From an uncultured delta proteobacterium (GTDB lineage: Bacteria > Desulfobacterota > Binatia > UBA9968): DNA of 64,000 nucleotides. The notes under the pieces are model-generated. The model searched no databases. It was not told the DNA's origin and worked only from the letters and a program-made list of their open reading frames with translations. Of this stretch, positions 19,624 through 29,341 are shown one piece after another (positions within the stretch are counted from its first letter, which is position 1; each line of letters opens with the position of its first letter). Location: NCBI GenBank assembly GCA_963745035.1, contig CAVUVW010000021.1, positions 192,001 through 256,000 of the forward strand, written 5' to 3'. A program made the translations under genes and the position numbers.

Positions 19624-21294
19624 TCAATCAGGCGCCCGCTTTAATACGTATACACTGTAGTCTAATGCTCTTAATGGAATAGACCAGGTATACCTGTGAA
19701 GTACTTCATAACCTGAAATAGGTGAAGTCGCGATCACATAGGGTTTCTTCTCGTTGGTTGTCACGAAAGGAACGTCTCTATCGGGCATGTTTCCAGGTGC
19801 TAGATTTTCCGGATGAGCATACAGGTACCAGCCATTGAGGGCGTACCCTGCGTCGATTTCTGAAAAATTGATGCCTCGATGGCGAAGCCAGCTTAGCCCA
19901 GCAGCCGCTGCGCGATTGTTTTGAGTTTCACTCCAGGTCACGAGCATGGAAATGAGAGAGAGAAGCACGATAGCAACAATCGTTGTCTTCGACGTAAGTT
20001 GGCTATTCGCGAGTATCACGATGAGCGGCGGCAATAACACGATGAAGTATCGATCAGAGCCCCAAGCATCAAAGAGCCAAACAGCCATGATCAGTACAAA
20101 TTGACCGAACGCGTACCAAACAAAGAGGCGCAATGGTTTTTCGATAGCGACTGCGTCAATCAATTTCATGATAATTCCTGTTGAGGAAAAGAGAGAAAAC
20201 GCCAACAGGGGATAGTTTAGCCAGGAAGCGAGGAAATCGGGATCTGGAAGCCCGCGTAAAAGGCGTCGCTCTTTGCCAAGCGAGATCAGATTCCACATCC
20301 CGTCTAATGGTTTCGGGATTTCAGGCGTCAACAAAACCGAGCAGGCTGTCAAAAGCAGCAACACGGCGATCACGATCCAAAACCGAATTCGCCGGTAAAA
20401 TAAGGGAATAAGAGGCAGGCTCATAGGGAAGAGCGCAAGACCAGCGTGCATAATGACGCGCAGTAAACCAGGGATGCTTAGTTCGTATTGATGGATCCAT
20501 TTGGCAAATACCCACTCCCTGGTAGTATACTGACTGGTCAAGCCAGCGGTTTGAGCAATGAAAAGGGGGACGAGACAGATAAACAGTGAAGCAGTGATCG
20601 GAGGTAAGAGATATCTTCGGGTCCTAAAAGATGGCGTGAAGATGGCGTAAACGAGCACGGCCCCGGGTATGGCAATGGCAATCTGTCGTATGAAAAAGCC
20701 AACTATTCCAAAGGCACAGCCTAACCATAGGTCCAATGGCTTCCTTTTCGAGAATGCGCGCACAATGAAAAAAAATGCGATGTTGGAAACGCTGACGAAC
20801 GGAACATCCGTCATGAAGGAAAAGCTGAGAAGAAAGAATACGGGATTGGCAATAAGGACGAGAGTTGCGATAAGACTCTCGGTGCGCGCGCGTCCCAGCT
20901 CGCGTAGCGTGCTGTAGAGCGCTAGGGCCCCAAGCCAAGCGAGCATTACGGTGGAGACTCTTAGCGCCGAAAATGAAAGCCCGAAAGGTAAACAAAACAG
21001 AGCGCCCCAGAGAATTTGGGCAAAAGGATAGTGAATGGACCAGTCAAGAACTGCTAATTTGCCGGTTTTTAGAAAGTGTTCAACGCTCCAGGCGTAAGTC
21101 CAATCGTCATGTAGGGGCACATCGGCAAACAGGTGCAGGGAGATGGCGATCAAGAAGTAGACGAGAAGTAGGATCGCACCAGGAGACGCTCTCTCCAACG
21201 CGGATACTAATAAGGTGCTCCAAGATCGAATAGCACGTTGGCCGTAAGCGGCGTCAAATAGTTCGTCAGGCTTGTTAGGGTCAGTATTATCCAT
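19624..21294 (-). CDS. GT-C (ArnT/PMT-like) multi-TM glycosyltransferase
   Basis: PLHDDWTY acidic pair after first TM, SFSFMTDVPF, IRQ, DRY; about 12 TM segments. Confidence 0.8.
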   Translation of the reverse strand: MDNTDPNKPDELFDAAYGQRAIRSWSTLLVSALERASPGAILLLVYFLIAISLHLFADVPLHDDWTYAWSVEHFLKTGKLAVLDWSIHYPFAQILWGALFCLPFGLSFSALRVSTVMLAWLGALALYSTLRELGRARTESLIATLVLIANPVFFLLSFSFMTDVPFVSVSNIAFFFIVRAFSKRKPLDLWLGCAFGIVGFFIRQIAIAIPGAVLVYAIFTPSFRTRRYLLPPITASLFICLVPLFIAQTAGLTSQYTTREWVFAKWIHQYELSIPGLLRVIMHAGLALFPMSLPLIPLFYRRIRFWIVIAVLLLLTACSVLLTPEIPKPLDGMWNLISLGKERRLLRGLPDPDFLASWLNYPLLAFSLFSSTGIIMKLIDAVAIEKPLRLFVWYAFGQFVLIMAVWLFDAWGSDRYFIVLLPPLIVILANSQLTSKTTIVAIVLLSLISMLVTWSETQNNRAAAAGLSWLRHRGINFSEIDAGYALNGWYLYAHPENLAPGNMPDRDVPFVTTNEKKPYVIATSPISGYEVLHRYTWSIPLRALDYSVYVLKRAPD

Positions 21295-21332
21295 CGAGAT
21301 CCGGCATTGCCTCGCAGTACTCTGCTTGCGAC

Positions 21333-21863
21333 CTATAGGTACACAGTCTGGGTCTGGGTCCGTTGCTCCTCGTGCAGTACATATGGCCCGCCGCAAGCAA
21401 AACGATTCTTTAGAGAGTTGATTGGGTTTTCAAGTAATTGCCATGAGAGCGCGGCTATTACTACTGTGGTTCCAACAAGCAGGCCGAACTGCAGCAGTAG
21501 CGACAGACGGGAAAAATCGACGTCTATCGCATAGAAAAGAATAGGGAGAAGAAGATATACGACCGGGTGGTAGACATAAATTCCGTAACTTATCTTGCCT
21601 GTGTACCGCACAGGTGAACTCGAGCATTTTGGCTCCAACACCGATAAATCACAATGAGGCACGATCGATCGCCCAAACAAACATCAGCGCCCAACGCACG
21701 GGTTCAATAAACCACGCATTTACCCTCACATTACCGACTTGGTCATAGTATTCTAGTGTTTGCAGGCCAAGAAGCGCGATTAAGCGATCCTCGGCGGCTG
21801 AAAAAAATCGTGAACTATTACGGCGCTAACGGCGAATGCTCGCAGTCCATCAAGCTGGGGCAT
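21333..21863 (-). pseudogene. acyltransferase-3 (OafA-like) remnant with internal deletion
   Basis: N-terminal MPQLDGLRAFAVSAVIVH then a stop; C-terminal GKISYGIYVYH...SWQLLENPI; only about 530 bp in total. Confidence 0.75.
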
Positions 21864-21986
21864 ATTATAATCAGCTCGATCATGTCGAGTCTCGATCTGC
21901 ATCGTCAATGGATTAATCCGGAGCCTACGTAGGGCAGTCTAGCTTCCAATTCCACATTTCATTCTGTGGGGCTTTGTCGATTTCCT

Positions 21987-22675
21987 TCACCTCAACTTTG
22001 CTAAAGTACCTTTCTTGGTCGGCCGAATCACTTCGTAAATGACGTTTTGGCGGTCTGCCCAAGGCATTCTGGGACTCTTTCCCTGTTGAAGATGGATTCG
22101 GATCTCGCTAGGCACGGGCGACAGCTCGGTTGAAAGATGATTAATGAATTTTCCCAGGTCGTAGGTATGATTATAGAAATCACGCTCAAACTTCCCGTCC
22201 CGCTTGCGACCAGAAGAAAGAGGCTGAGGAGGTAGAAAAAATACAAGAATCAGTTTTTTTCTAGTGCAGGAATAAAGGTACTGAACTGCGGGGACGTAAT
22301 CCGGTAAATGCTCAAGCACGTGACGGCACACGACCGCGTCAAACTTGCGCCGCAATTTCTTTAAGTCATACAGTGACATTCCGCCGGAACCGATGAGCGT
22401 CAGCGGGAAACAGCTGGCGCGCTACCTGCAAAAGGTTTTCGGTTACATCAATTCCGAGATAGTCCAGATCGAGCCTTCTTTCGCGGATCATTTCAAACAT
22501 GACGCCATTACCACAGCCAACGTCGAGCACGGATGATAGACCTTCGAGCAAGCTCAGGACTCGCGCGCGGGATGGATGACTCTTTCCTTCCGGACCCGAC
22601 CGCAAGAAAATCTTGGCTGAGCTCGGGCGTCCAATGGCGCCAGTTTTCTTTCACTTTCAGGTTTTGCTTAGGCAT
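21987..22675 (-). CDS. class I SAM-dependent methyltransferase, two frameshifts
   Basis: SVLDVGCGNG, YLGID, FDAVVCRHVLEHL across ORFs 22366-22605 and 21987-22379; ATG at 22675. Confidence 0.75.
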
Positions 22676-22804
22676 TTTTCCTACCCTCTAGGGTTCAATA
22701 GAAAACGAGCGGCCGTTCCGTGGCGAAGGATACGGAGCACTTCAGTCGCGCGAGGTTTAAGCGGACAGCGGAGTCGCCTGATCAGAAAACGCTACGCGCG
22801 TTTC

Positions 22805-23672
22805 TCAAGTCGGTGAACCGCACTTTTGGAACAGTATATGCCCCCACAATGCCCGATCACGCCATTTCTCCATAAAACCGAGCTGTTCCATTCTGGCAAA
22901 GGTTGGGCCGAAGTCCTCCACAACGTGTTGCGGATGGCTCGGGTCTACCGCTGCGTGAATTCGCGCAAACAATAGTCCTCCCGGTTTCATGGCACGCCAA
23001 AGTCGCTGGACTACTTCTACTGGGTCGACCAGATGCTCGAACACGTCCATAGCCAGAATCATGTCGAAGCTAGACTCTGGCAGCAGGGGCGTATCTTTCA
23101 AATCCACAAAGCGCGCCGGAAGACGCCGTCGGTCAAAGCGCCAGCGTGCGAAATCAAGCAGCGTAGTGGAGATGTCCGCCAGCGTCGTGTCGATATCGGC
23201 GTGGGAGAATAACAGCCCTCCGGATCCCACACCGGAACCGAAGTCCAGGCAGCTGCGGACTCTGTGGGCGCGGGCGATCTGCAGGGCGACGACGTAGGCC
23301 AAGGGTCCGCTGTCGTCTCTCAGCGTATGCCAATTCATCAGGTCGTAGATGTGAGTCTTGGTTTCGTAGAAACTCTCGATGCTAGAGCGCTGCCGAGAGT
23401 CGACTGTTTCCTCCCACTCAGACTTCAATGTATCCACGGCCAAATCGCACGACTCGATCAATATCGGCGAGGTCCGAAACTTGATAATAGGCTGCTACTT
23501 CTTTTAGCAAGCTGGCGCGGAGGTCCGTCTCCTCGTTCCACAATAACGCTTTTGTCCATTCGGCGCGGTAAGGCTCCAACAACAATTCTTGCTGGCGTAC
23601 GCAATCTTCAGGACTCATTTGTCCTGCTTCTACACGTTGCCACAATTGGGCCATGCGGTCCGGTACCAGCAT
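22805..23672 (-). CDS. class I SAM-dependent methyltransferase, frameshifted near 23460
   Basis: CLDFGSGVG, TLADIS, AMDVFEHL, MKPGGLL; start MLVPDR at 23672 after GGAGG. Confidence 0.8.
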
Positions 23673-23730
23673 AAAGCCTCCGAATATTTCGCGTACCCTT
23701 GCACCCGCCGGCAAGAACGCGCGTTTATCA

Positions 23731-24945
23731 CTATCCCTTGTCGCCCATAGCAATCTCCAAAAGGCGATTTAACACCTTATCTGAGTCGAAATACGCTTCG
23801 GCGATATCTTGCGCGGCTTTCGCGTGCCGTTGATAGTTTGCTTCGACCTCGCGAATGCCAGCTTCAGCTTCATCAGATGTGCAGAAACCAATTACGCCTT
23901 CGCCGACCGGTAACACTTTGCTGAAGCCGGTATCTTGGACAACCACGGGACGACCGGCAGCGAGATAGCAGGCTGATCGACAACTGAACCAGCCCGATTT
24001 CCCAACGACATAGCCACCTTTGGCCACACTCCATTCCGCTTTCGACTGGTGAATATATCGACGATAAGTATAGAAGTCGGGACAAACTTCCGAAGCATCA
24101 ACAATCTTCCAACCTGATGATTCCAAGAGATCAAGAGGCGTTGAAACGGCAAAATCGCGTGAACTCTTCACTCTAGGTTTATAGAGGGCGACTTCAAGCG
24201 GGGTGGGGAAGACTTTCTGCGGCAATTCTATGAACTTCATGAATTCAGCATCTTTTTGCCCATAGCGCTTATTACGGTAAGTAAGCGAATCATAGCTTGT
24301 CCAATTCATGATGGTTGTAAATCGATTTCCGGTCACCGAGTCGTCGCGCCACTGATCGAGAACAATAGGATATTTTGTAGTATTCCACTTGTATTCTAGG
24401 TTTGGAATTTCATCGTTAGTACTCAAGCATTCACCAAGTGTAAAAAATACATCGTGCGCGTTTAAACGTTGCCTCATTATCTTTGAATCGGTGCCAGATT
24501 CCGCGCCTATTTGGCAGAATACAGGATCCGTGTCTACGTAAACTAATTTCTTTACCGTTCGATAATCCCACGGCTTTTCGAGAGTTCCGGATACATTGAT
24601 AAGCAGATCCGCCGTTTCGATGATCTCCTTTCGCTCTACGCTCGCAAGCCCAAACCATTCAGACTTCGGCGGAAACTGATAGGCCCATTTATGATCGAGG
24701 CCGAAAGCTGACAGAAGCTTACTGAGGTGCTCGACAGTTGGTCGCGGGTTCCAATCTGTCCAGTCACCTCCGGACGGACCATCCACGTCGTTGTAGGGCC
24801 AGCATCCCGAATCTTCTATGTAATAGACATCGTGTCCAAGTCGCTTCATGCCCAGTACGAAATTCAGGTAATCCCATGCGACGCCTCCTAGCAAACGCTG
24901 ATGGCCGATGAAACCCGTAACGATCACACGCAACGAAGAACTCAT
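23731..24945 (-). CDS. uncharacterised GT-B-like glycosyltransferase (paralog 3)
   Basis: LGMKRLGHDVYYIED, YVDTDP, GWFSCRSACYLAAGRPVVVQDTGF, YFDSDKVL. Confidence 0.7.
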   Translation of the reverse strand: MSSSLRVIVTGFIGHQRLLGGVAWDYLNFVLGMKRLGHDVYYIEDSGCWPYNDVDGPSGGDWTDWNPRPTVEHLSKLLSAFGLDHKWAYQFPPKSEWFGLASVERKEIIETADLLINVSGTLEKPWDYRTVKKLVYVDTDPVFCQIGAESGTDSKIMRQRLNAHDVFFTLGECLSTNDEIPNLEYKWNTTKYPIVLDQWRDDSVTGNRFTTIMNWTSYDSLTYRNKRYGQKDAEFMKFIELPQKVFPTPLEVALYKPRVKSSRDFAVSTPLDLLESSGWKIVDASEVCPDFYTYRRYIHQSKAEWSVAKGGYVVGKSGWFSCRSACYLAAGRPVVVQDTGFSKVLPVGEGVIGFCTSDEAEAGIREVEANYQRHAKAAQDIAEAYFDSDKVLNRLLEIAMGDKG

Positions 24946-25020
24946 TGTTCAAAATCGAGCCGCGGTGTCTTAGCGGCGCATGTGGCAAACTTCTATGGCG
25001 CTATACGTCTATGTTTGATT

Positions 25021-26232
25021 TTACAGACCGACAGTTTCAGTCAGACTGCCGAGAACCTTCTCCGCGGCGAAATACTCCTCGGCAATTTCACGGGCCGCGC
25101 GGCAATGTCGTTTATAATCACTCTGAATGAGGTCCATTGCGCTTAGAATGTCCTCCATACTCTGAAAAGCAAAAAGCCCGCGGTCCATTGGTAGGATGTT
25201 ACCGAAGGCGGTATCCTGGGTTACGACCGGCTTTCCCGCAGCTAGATAGCAAGCGCTTCGGTCACTGAACCATCCGCTCCGAAGACGAATGTTTTGGTCC
25301 TTCGCGACCGTAAACTCACCCCGTGAGCCGAGGATATATTCGCGATAAGGGCCGATGTCGAGTGATAACGAGATGCCATCGACGACTCTCCAGCCATAGG
25401 ACGTTAACTGCGGAATTACCTCTTCGTCGGTTTCATCTTCCCATGCCAAGGCCAGCTCGAACTCTTCTTTACTCCGTCGCGGCAGGTCGATGAATTTCAG
25501 AAACTCCACATGCTTACTCCAGGAGTACGTCTCGCCGTTCCATTCGATATCTTTGCCCGGTTGCCGCCACTTCGCTATCGTTGTGAAACAGGCCCGAACG
25601 TTAGCCTGATCGTTTAGCTCTGACGCTAAACGTGCTTCGGGTGTCCACCAATCAAGAACAATGGGCTGGCGCGTTGGGTGATAATGGAACCCAGTCAAGG
25701 GCACACTACAATCCGGCGCTCCGATGTTTTCGCCGTAGGTGAAATAATGCGTGTGAGCTTCGAGCAGGTCGATTGCTTTGCGATCACCGTGAGCGACCTC
25801 AATCTGGCGCGTGACGGGATCAGTCTCCAGATAAATACGCACAGGGACACGAGTATGCTCTTCGAGGAGCTGCGTAGAGCCGGTCAAATTAATTAACGCA
25901 TCGGCGCTTTCAAGCAAGCCCGACACCTGCGTCTTGGAGAGCCCAAAGACTCGTCCGTCAACCCGGGACTGGTAAGCCCACCGATCCTGCAGGCCGAACG
26001 AAGACATCAGCTTGGCTATGTAACTGACGGCGTACTGGCAGTTCCTGGCATAACTACATTCTGACTCATGGTCGTGCTTTTTTTGCAGGGGGTTATACGC
26101 CCAGCCTCCAGTATCCTCGATATAGTAAACGTCGTGCCCCAGCCGTCGAAAGCCTTCAAGAAAATGCAAGACCTGCCACGACACTCCTGCTAACGGCGTT
26201 CGTCCAAGTATGCCCATAACAACGAGTCGCAT
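25021..26232 (-). CDS. uncharacterised GT-B-like glycosyltransferase (paralog 2)
   Basis: GFRRLGHDVYYIED, YLETDP, GWFSDRSACYLAAGKPVVTQDTAF, YFAAEKVL. Confidence 0.7.
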   Translation of the reverse strand: MRLVVMGILGRTPLAGVSWQVLHFLEGFRRLGHDVYYIEDTGGWAYNPLQKKHDHESECSYARNCQYAVSYIAKLMSSFGLQDRWAYQSRVDGRVFGLSKTQVSGLLESADALINLTGSTQLLEEHTRVPVRIYLETDPVTRQIEVAHGDRKAIDLLEAHTHYFTYGENIGAPDCSVPLTGFHYHPTRQPIVLDWWTPEARLASELNDQANVRACFTTIAKWRQPGKDIEWNGETYSWSKHVEFLKFIDLPRRSKEEFELALAWEDETDEEVIPQLTSYGWRVVDGISLSLDIGPYREYILGSRGEFTVAKDQNIRLRSGWFSDRSACYLAAGKPVVTQDTAFGNILPMDRGLFAFQSMEDILSAMDLIQSDYKRHCRAAREIAEEYFAAEKVLGSLTETVGL

Positions 26233-26321
26233 ATTGCTGTTATTATCGACCTATGGATCTGTCCTTCAGCCGGTAGTGTGAGCTCTATCAACTACGCCCA
26301 GAGACGATTCCATGATTCAAC

Positions 26322-27461
26322 TTACGACAACGCCCGTTCTAGGAGAGCTCCGACAACTTTCCTTGCATCGAAGTACTCTTCCGCTAGAGCCCGGGCGAGC
26401 TTGCTCTGATTCTCGTAATCGACCACGACGTTCTCAACAAACTGAGCCGCTTGCTTTAGATCGCGGAACCGAAACAGTCCGGCGGAATCCGGCAGAAATC
26501 GACTCGAACCTGTATGTTGGACGACGGCTGGCTTACCGCTGGCCAAGTAGCAAAGTGTTCGGTTGCTGACCCAGGCATTTTCGAGTTTCAAACAAGCGGG
26601 TTTCGCGCAACTAAACTCACCGAAAGAGTCTTGAATGTAGCGCTGATAGTCCCATGGAGTCGCCGCAACTTCATGAGAGTCAACTACATGCCAGCCGCGG
26701 TCTTCGAGCATACACCGCTGCTCGTTTTCTGGCTTGAGGTCGAGAGCCAACTCTAGCGGATGACCTGTGAGACTTGGCATCTCCACGAAGGGTAGAAAGC
26801 CGCTCCGTTTGTCGTCCAAGTGTGCGTGTGCATCGTCCTCTAACCATCCGCCAGCATACCAGTGAGCCACGGTGGTAAACGGCGCTTTAGTTTTTGCCTC
26901 ATGCCGCGGCCACCAGTCGAGAGCCACGCATGGAGGCGTATAAATCCAATTCAATCCCAGATCAGGAATCCGTGTTCCCGACTGACCAACGGTCTCCCCG
27001 GTCGTAAAGTACACATCGTGCGGAGTCAGCCTTTTTCGTCCTTTGCTGATCCAGGCCTGCGATAAACCCGGGTCAATGTCTAACAAGGCTGACCTTGCGG
27101 AAGCGGTTTACGATATGCGGCGGAGTGTCATAGGGAAACTCTAATAAGAGATCCGCCTCTGCGGCGGCATCCAGGTCCAGACATCCCATGGCGGCTAAAT
27201 CCGGAGGCGGTGACGCCGTCAGTCGAGGAATAGAGGGCCAAGGAATTCACAAAACCATAGCGCTCTAAACGAAGTTTCAGGGCGGAAACATTGGCTCGCA
27301 GTTCGGCAGGTGAGAGAATTAGGGACTATAGCTTCGAGCCAGATTACTTTACAGCCGAATGCACGTAGCCCGAGGGCCCAATTCAAATACTCCCATAGAT
27401 GACCACCGCCCTCAGGGTACTCCAGCGTTCTTACCGGAGCGATACAGACCGTAATACCCAT
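26322..27461 (-). CDS. uncharacterised GT-B-like glycosyltransferase (paralog 1), frameshifted around 27090-27300
   Basis: GGHLWEYLNWALGLRAFGCKVIWLE (27219-27461) and LDIDPG...WVSNRTLCYLASGKPAVVQHTG...YFDARKV (26322-27086). Confidence 0.7.
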
Positions 27462-27520
27462 GTGAGCTGCTTAACCCGAAGATGAGTCGCGCGTGATAGC
27501 ACCGAGGTGTCAGTGTTAGG

Positions 27521-29341
27521 TTACCCTCCAAATTTCTCTTCTCGAGACAAGGGGTACGTGTGAGGTGCCACGAAAACGGAGGGATCTCCTATGGCCTTTG
27601 AAACGTCGGACCGGATAAAGGCGATTTGGCCATGTTCAATGCCAAGGAGTAGATCGCAGTGTTTCAAGGTAGACAAGCGATGGGCGATGATAAAGACGGT
27701 GCGTCCAATGCTAAGATGCTCCATCACCTCGATAATTTCTCTTTCTGTTTTTATGTCGATGGAACTCGTCGGCTCATCCAGGATGAGAATGGGAGCATCC
27801 TTCAGAAAAGCCCGTGCGAGCGCAATCCGCTGACGCTGTCCGCCGGATAGCTGCATTCCACGTTCACCCACCATCGTACTATAGCCGTGCGGAAGCCGAG
27901 CTATAAACTCATGCGCTTTAGCGGCTTTTGCAGCCTCGACGATTTCATCTTGCGAGGCGCCCGGACGTGCATAGGCGATGTTTTCGCCGATGCTGGTCGA
28001 AAAAAGTATGGATTCTTGAAGGACAATGCCGAACTGATTGCGAAGCTCCGCTAGTTTGTAATCCCGGAGATTAACACTGTCGAGCAGGATTTGGCCTTGA
28101 GTCGGGTCATGGAACCTGGTCAACAAACTAACAAGCGTTGACTTCCCCCCGCCGGTCATACCCATGATACCGACTCGAGTGCCAGGCTTGATTGCGAACG
28201 AGATGTCACTCAACACCGGGCTCTCGCCGTTATAGGCAAAGCAAACGTTCTGGAAGGTTATCGCTCCGCTCGCATGAGATATCGGCACTCCATTTTTATT
28301 TTCAACGACGTCATGGGCTTCATCCAAAAGCGCGAATGCGCGCTCCGCACTGGCAAGTGAGCGTTGCGCACGTGCCGTCATCTCGCTCAGTGACGCCAAG
28401 GGTCCGAATAGCTGCGCCAAGTAGGACATGACCATCATCAATTCGCCCAGTGTTAAGCTCCCTGACTGCACATGTCGTATGCCCAAAAATAAGACTGCAG
28501 CTGTTCCGGCTGCCGTCGTAGTGCCAATCAGAAGATCGAAAGCCCCTTCTGACCATGCAGCCCGGACTCGTGCAGAAAAGCCCTCGTTAGAGTGACGAAC
28601 GAAACGCGCTTGTTCTCGCTCCTCTTGACCGAAGGCTTTAACCACGCGCAAGGCACTTAGGGCTTCCTGCACCACTGAAATAGCGGAACTTTCCACGTGC
28701 ATAATATCGGTCCACTGGTTGCGAAGCCGCGAATTAAACGTGCGCGCGCCAAGGTATAAAACTGGTGTAACTGCGATCGCAATCAGCGCCAACTGCGAGT
28801 CGAGCAGGGCGACAATGTAAATCATCCCGGCGACAGTCAATGCTGAAGCGACAAAAGGTATCAAACCATCGACAGCGATCCACTGAATCGCAGGAGCATC
28901 ATACTGGATGCGATAGGTGGAATCAGTTGTACCTCTCGTATCGTGATATGAGACCGAAAGCCGCTGGACGTGGCGAAACAGTTTGTTTCGAAACGCCAAT
29001 GTTAACTTTTCACCCGTATAGGTGCGCAACAAGTTACTTGCGACGCGTTGAAGCCCACTGAGAAGGGCGACGAGTATCGTTAGAGTCACGACGAACATCA
29101 CCATGCCATTAGGGGAGCCGGTGACAGCCTCGGGTACCAACTGGTGTAGAAACGCTGGTATCGGCTGCGAGCCAAGGACGCTATCGACCGCAATTTTCAA
29201 AGGCAATGGGATCAGCAGAGCGAGGGGGGGCGATAACAGGGTTATCAGCAGAATCCCGCCTATATGCGTGTAATAAGGCCTTACTTCAAGTAAGAGCCGA
29301 CGGTAAAGCTCAAAACTACTGTATCTCTTTTTGCTTATCAT
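27521..29341 (-). CDS. ABC exporter, fused permease/ATPase (MsbA/NdvA-like)
   Basis: Six TM region, GMTGGGKST, LSGGQRQR, LILDEPTS, IAHRLST; start overlaps end of upstream gene. Confidence 0.93.
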   Translation of the reverse strand: MISKKRYSSFELYRRLLLEVRPYYTHIGGILLITLLSPPLALLIPLPLKIAVDSVLGSQPIPAFLHQLVPEAVTGSPNGMVMFVVTLTILVALLSGLQRVASNLLRTYTGEKLTLAFRNKLFRHVQRLSVSYHDTRGTTDSTYRIQYDAPAIQWIAVDGLIPFVASALTVAGMIYIVALLDSQLALIAIAVTPVLYLGARTFNSRLRNQWTDIMHVESSAISVVQEALSALRVVKAFGQEEREQARFVRHSNEGFSARVRAAWSEGAFDLLIGTTTAAGTAAVLFLGIRHVQSGSLTLGELMMVMSYLAQLFGPLASLSEMTARAQRSLASAERAFALLDEAHDVVENKNGVPISHASGAITFQNVCFAYNGESPVLSDISFAIKPGTRVGIMGMTGGGKSTLVSLLTRFHDPTQGQILLDSVNLRDYKLAELRNQFGIVLQESILFSTSIGENIAYARPGASQDEIVEAAKAAKAHEFIARLPHGYSTMVGERGMQLSGGQRQRIALARAFLKDAPILILDEPTSSIDIKTEREIIEVMEHLSIGRTVFIIAHRLSTLKHCDLLLGIEHGQIAFIRSDVSKAIGDPSVFVAPHTYPLSREEKFGG

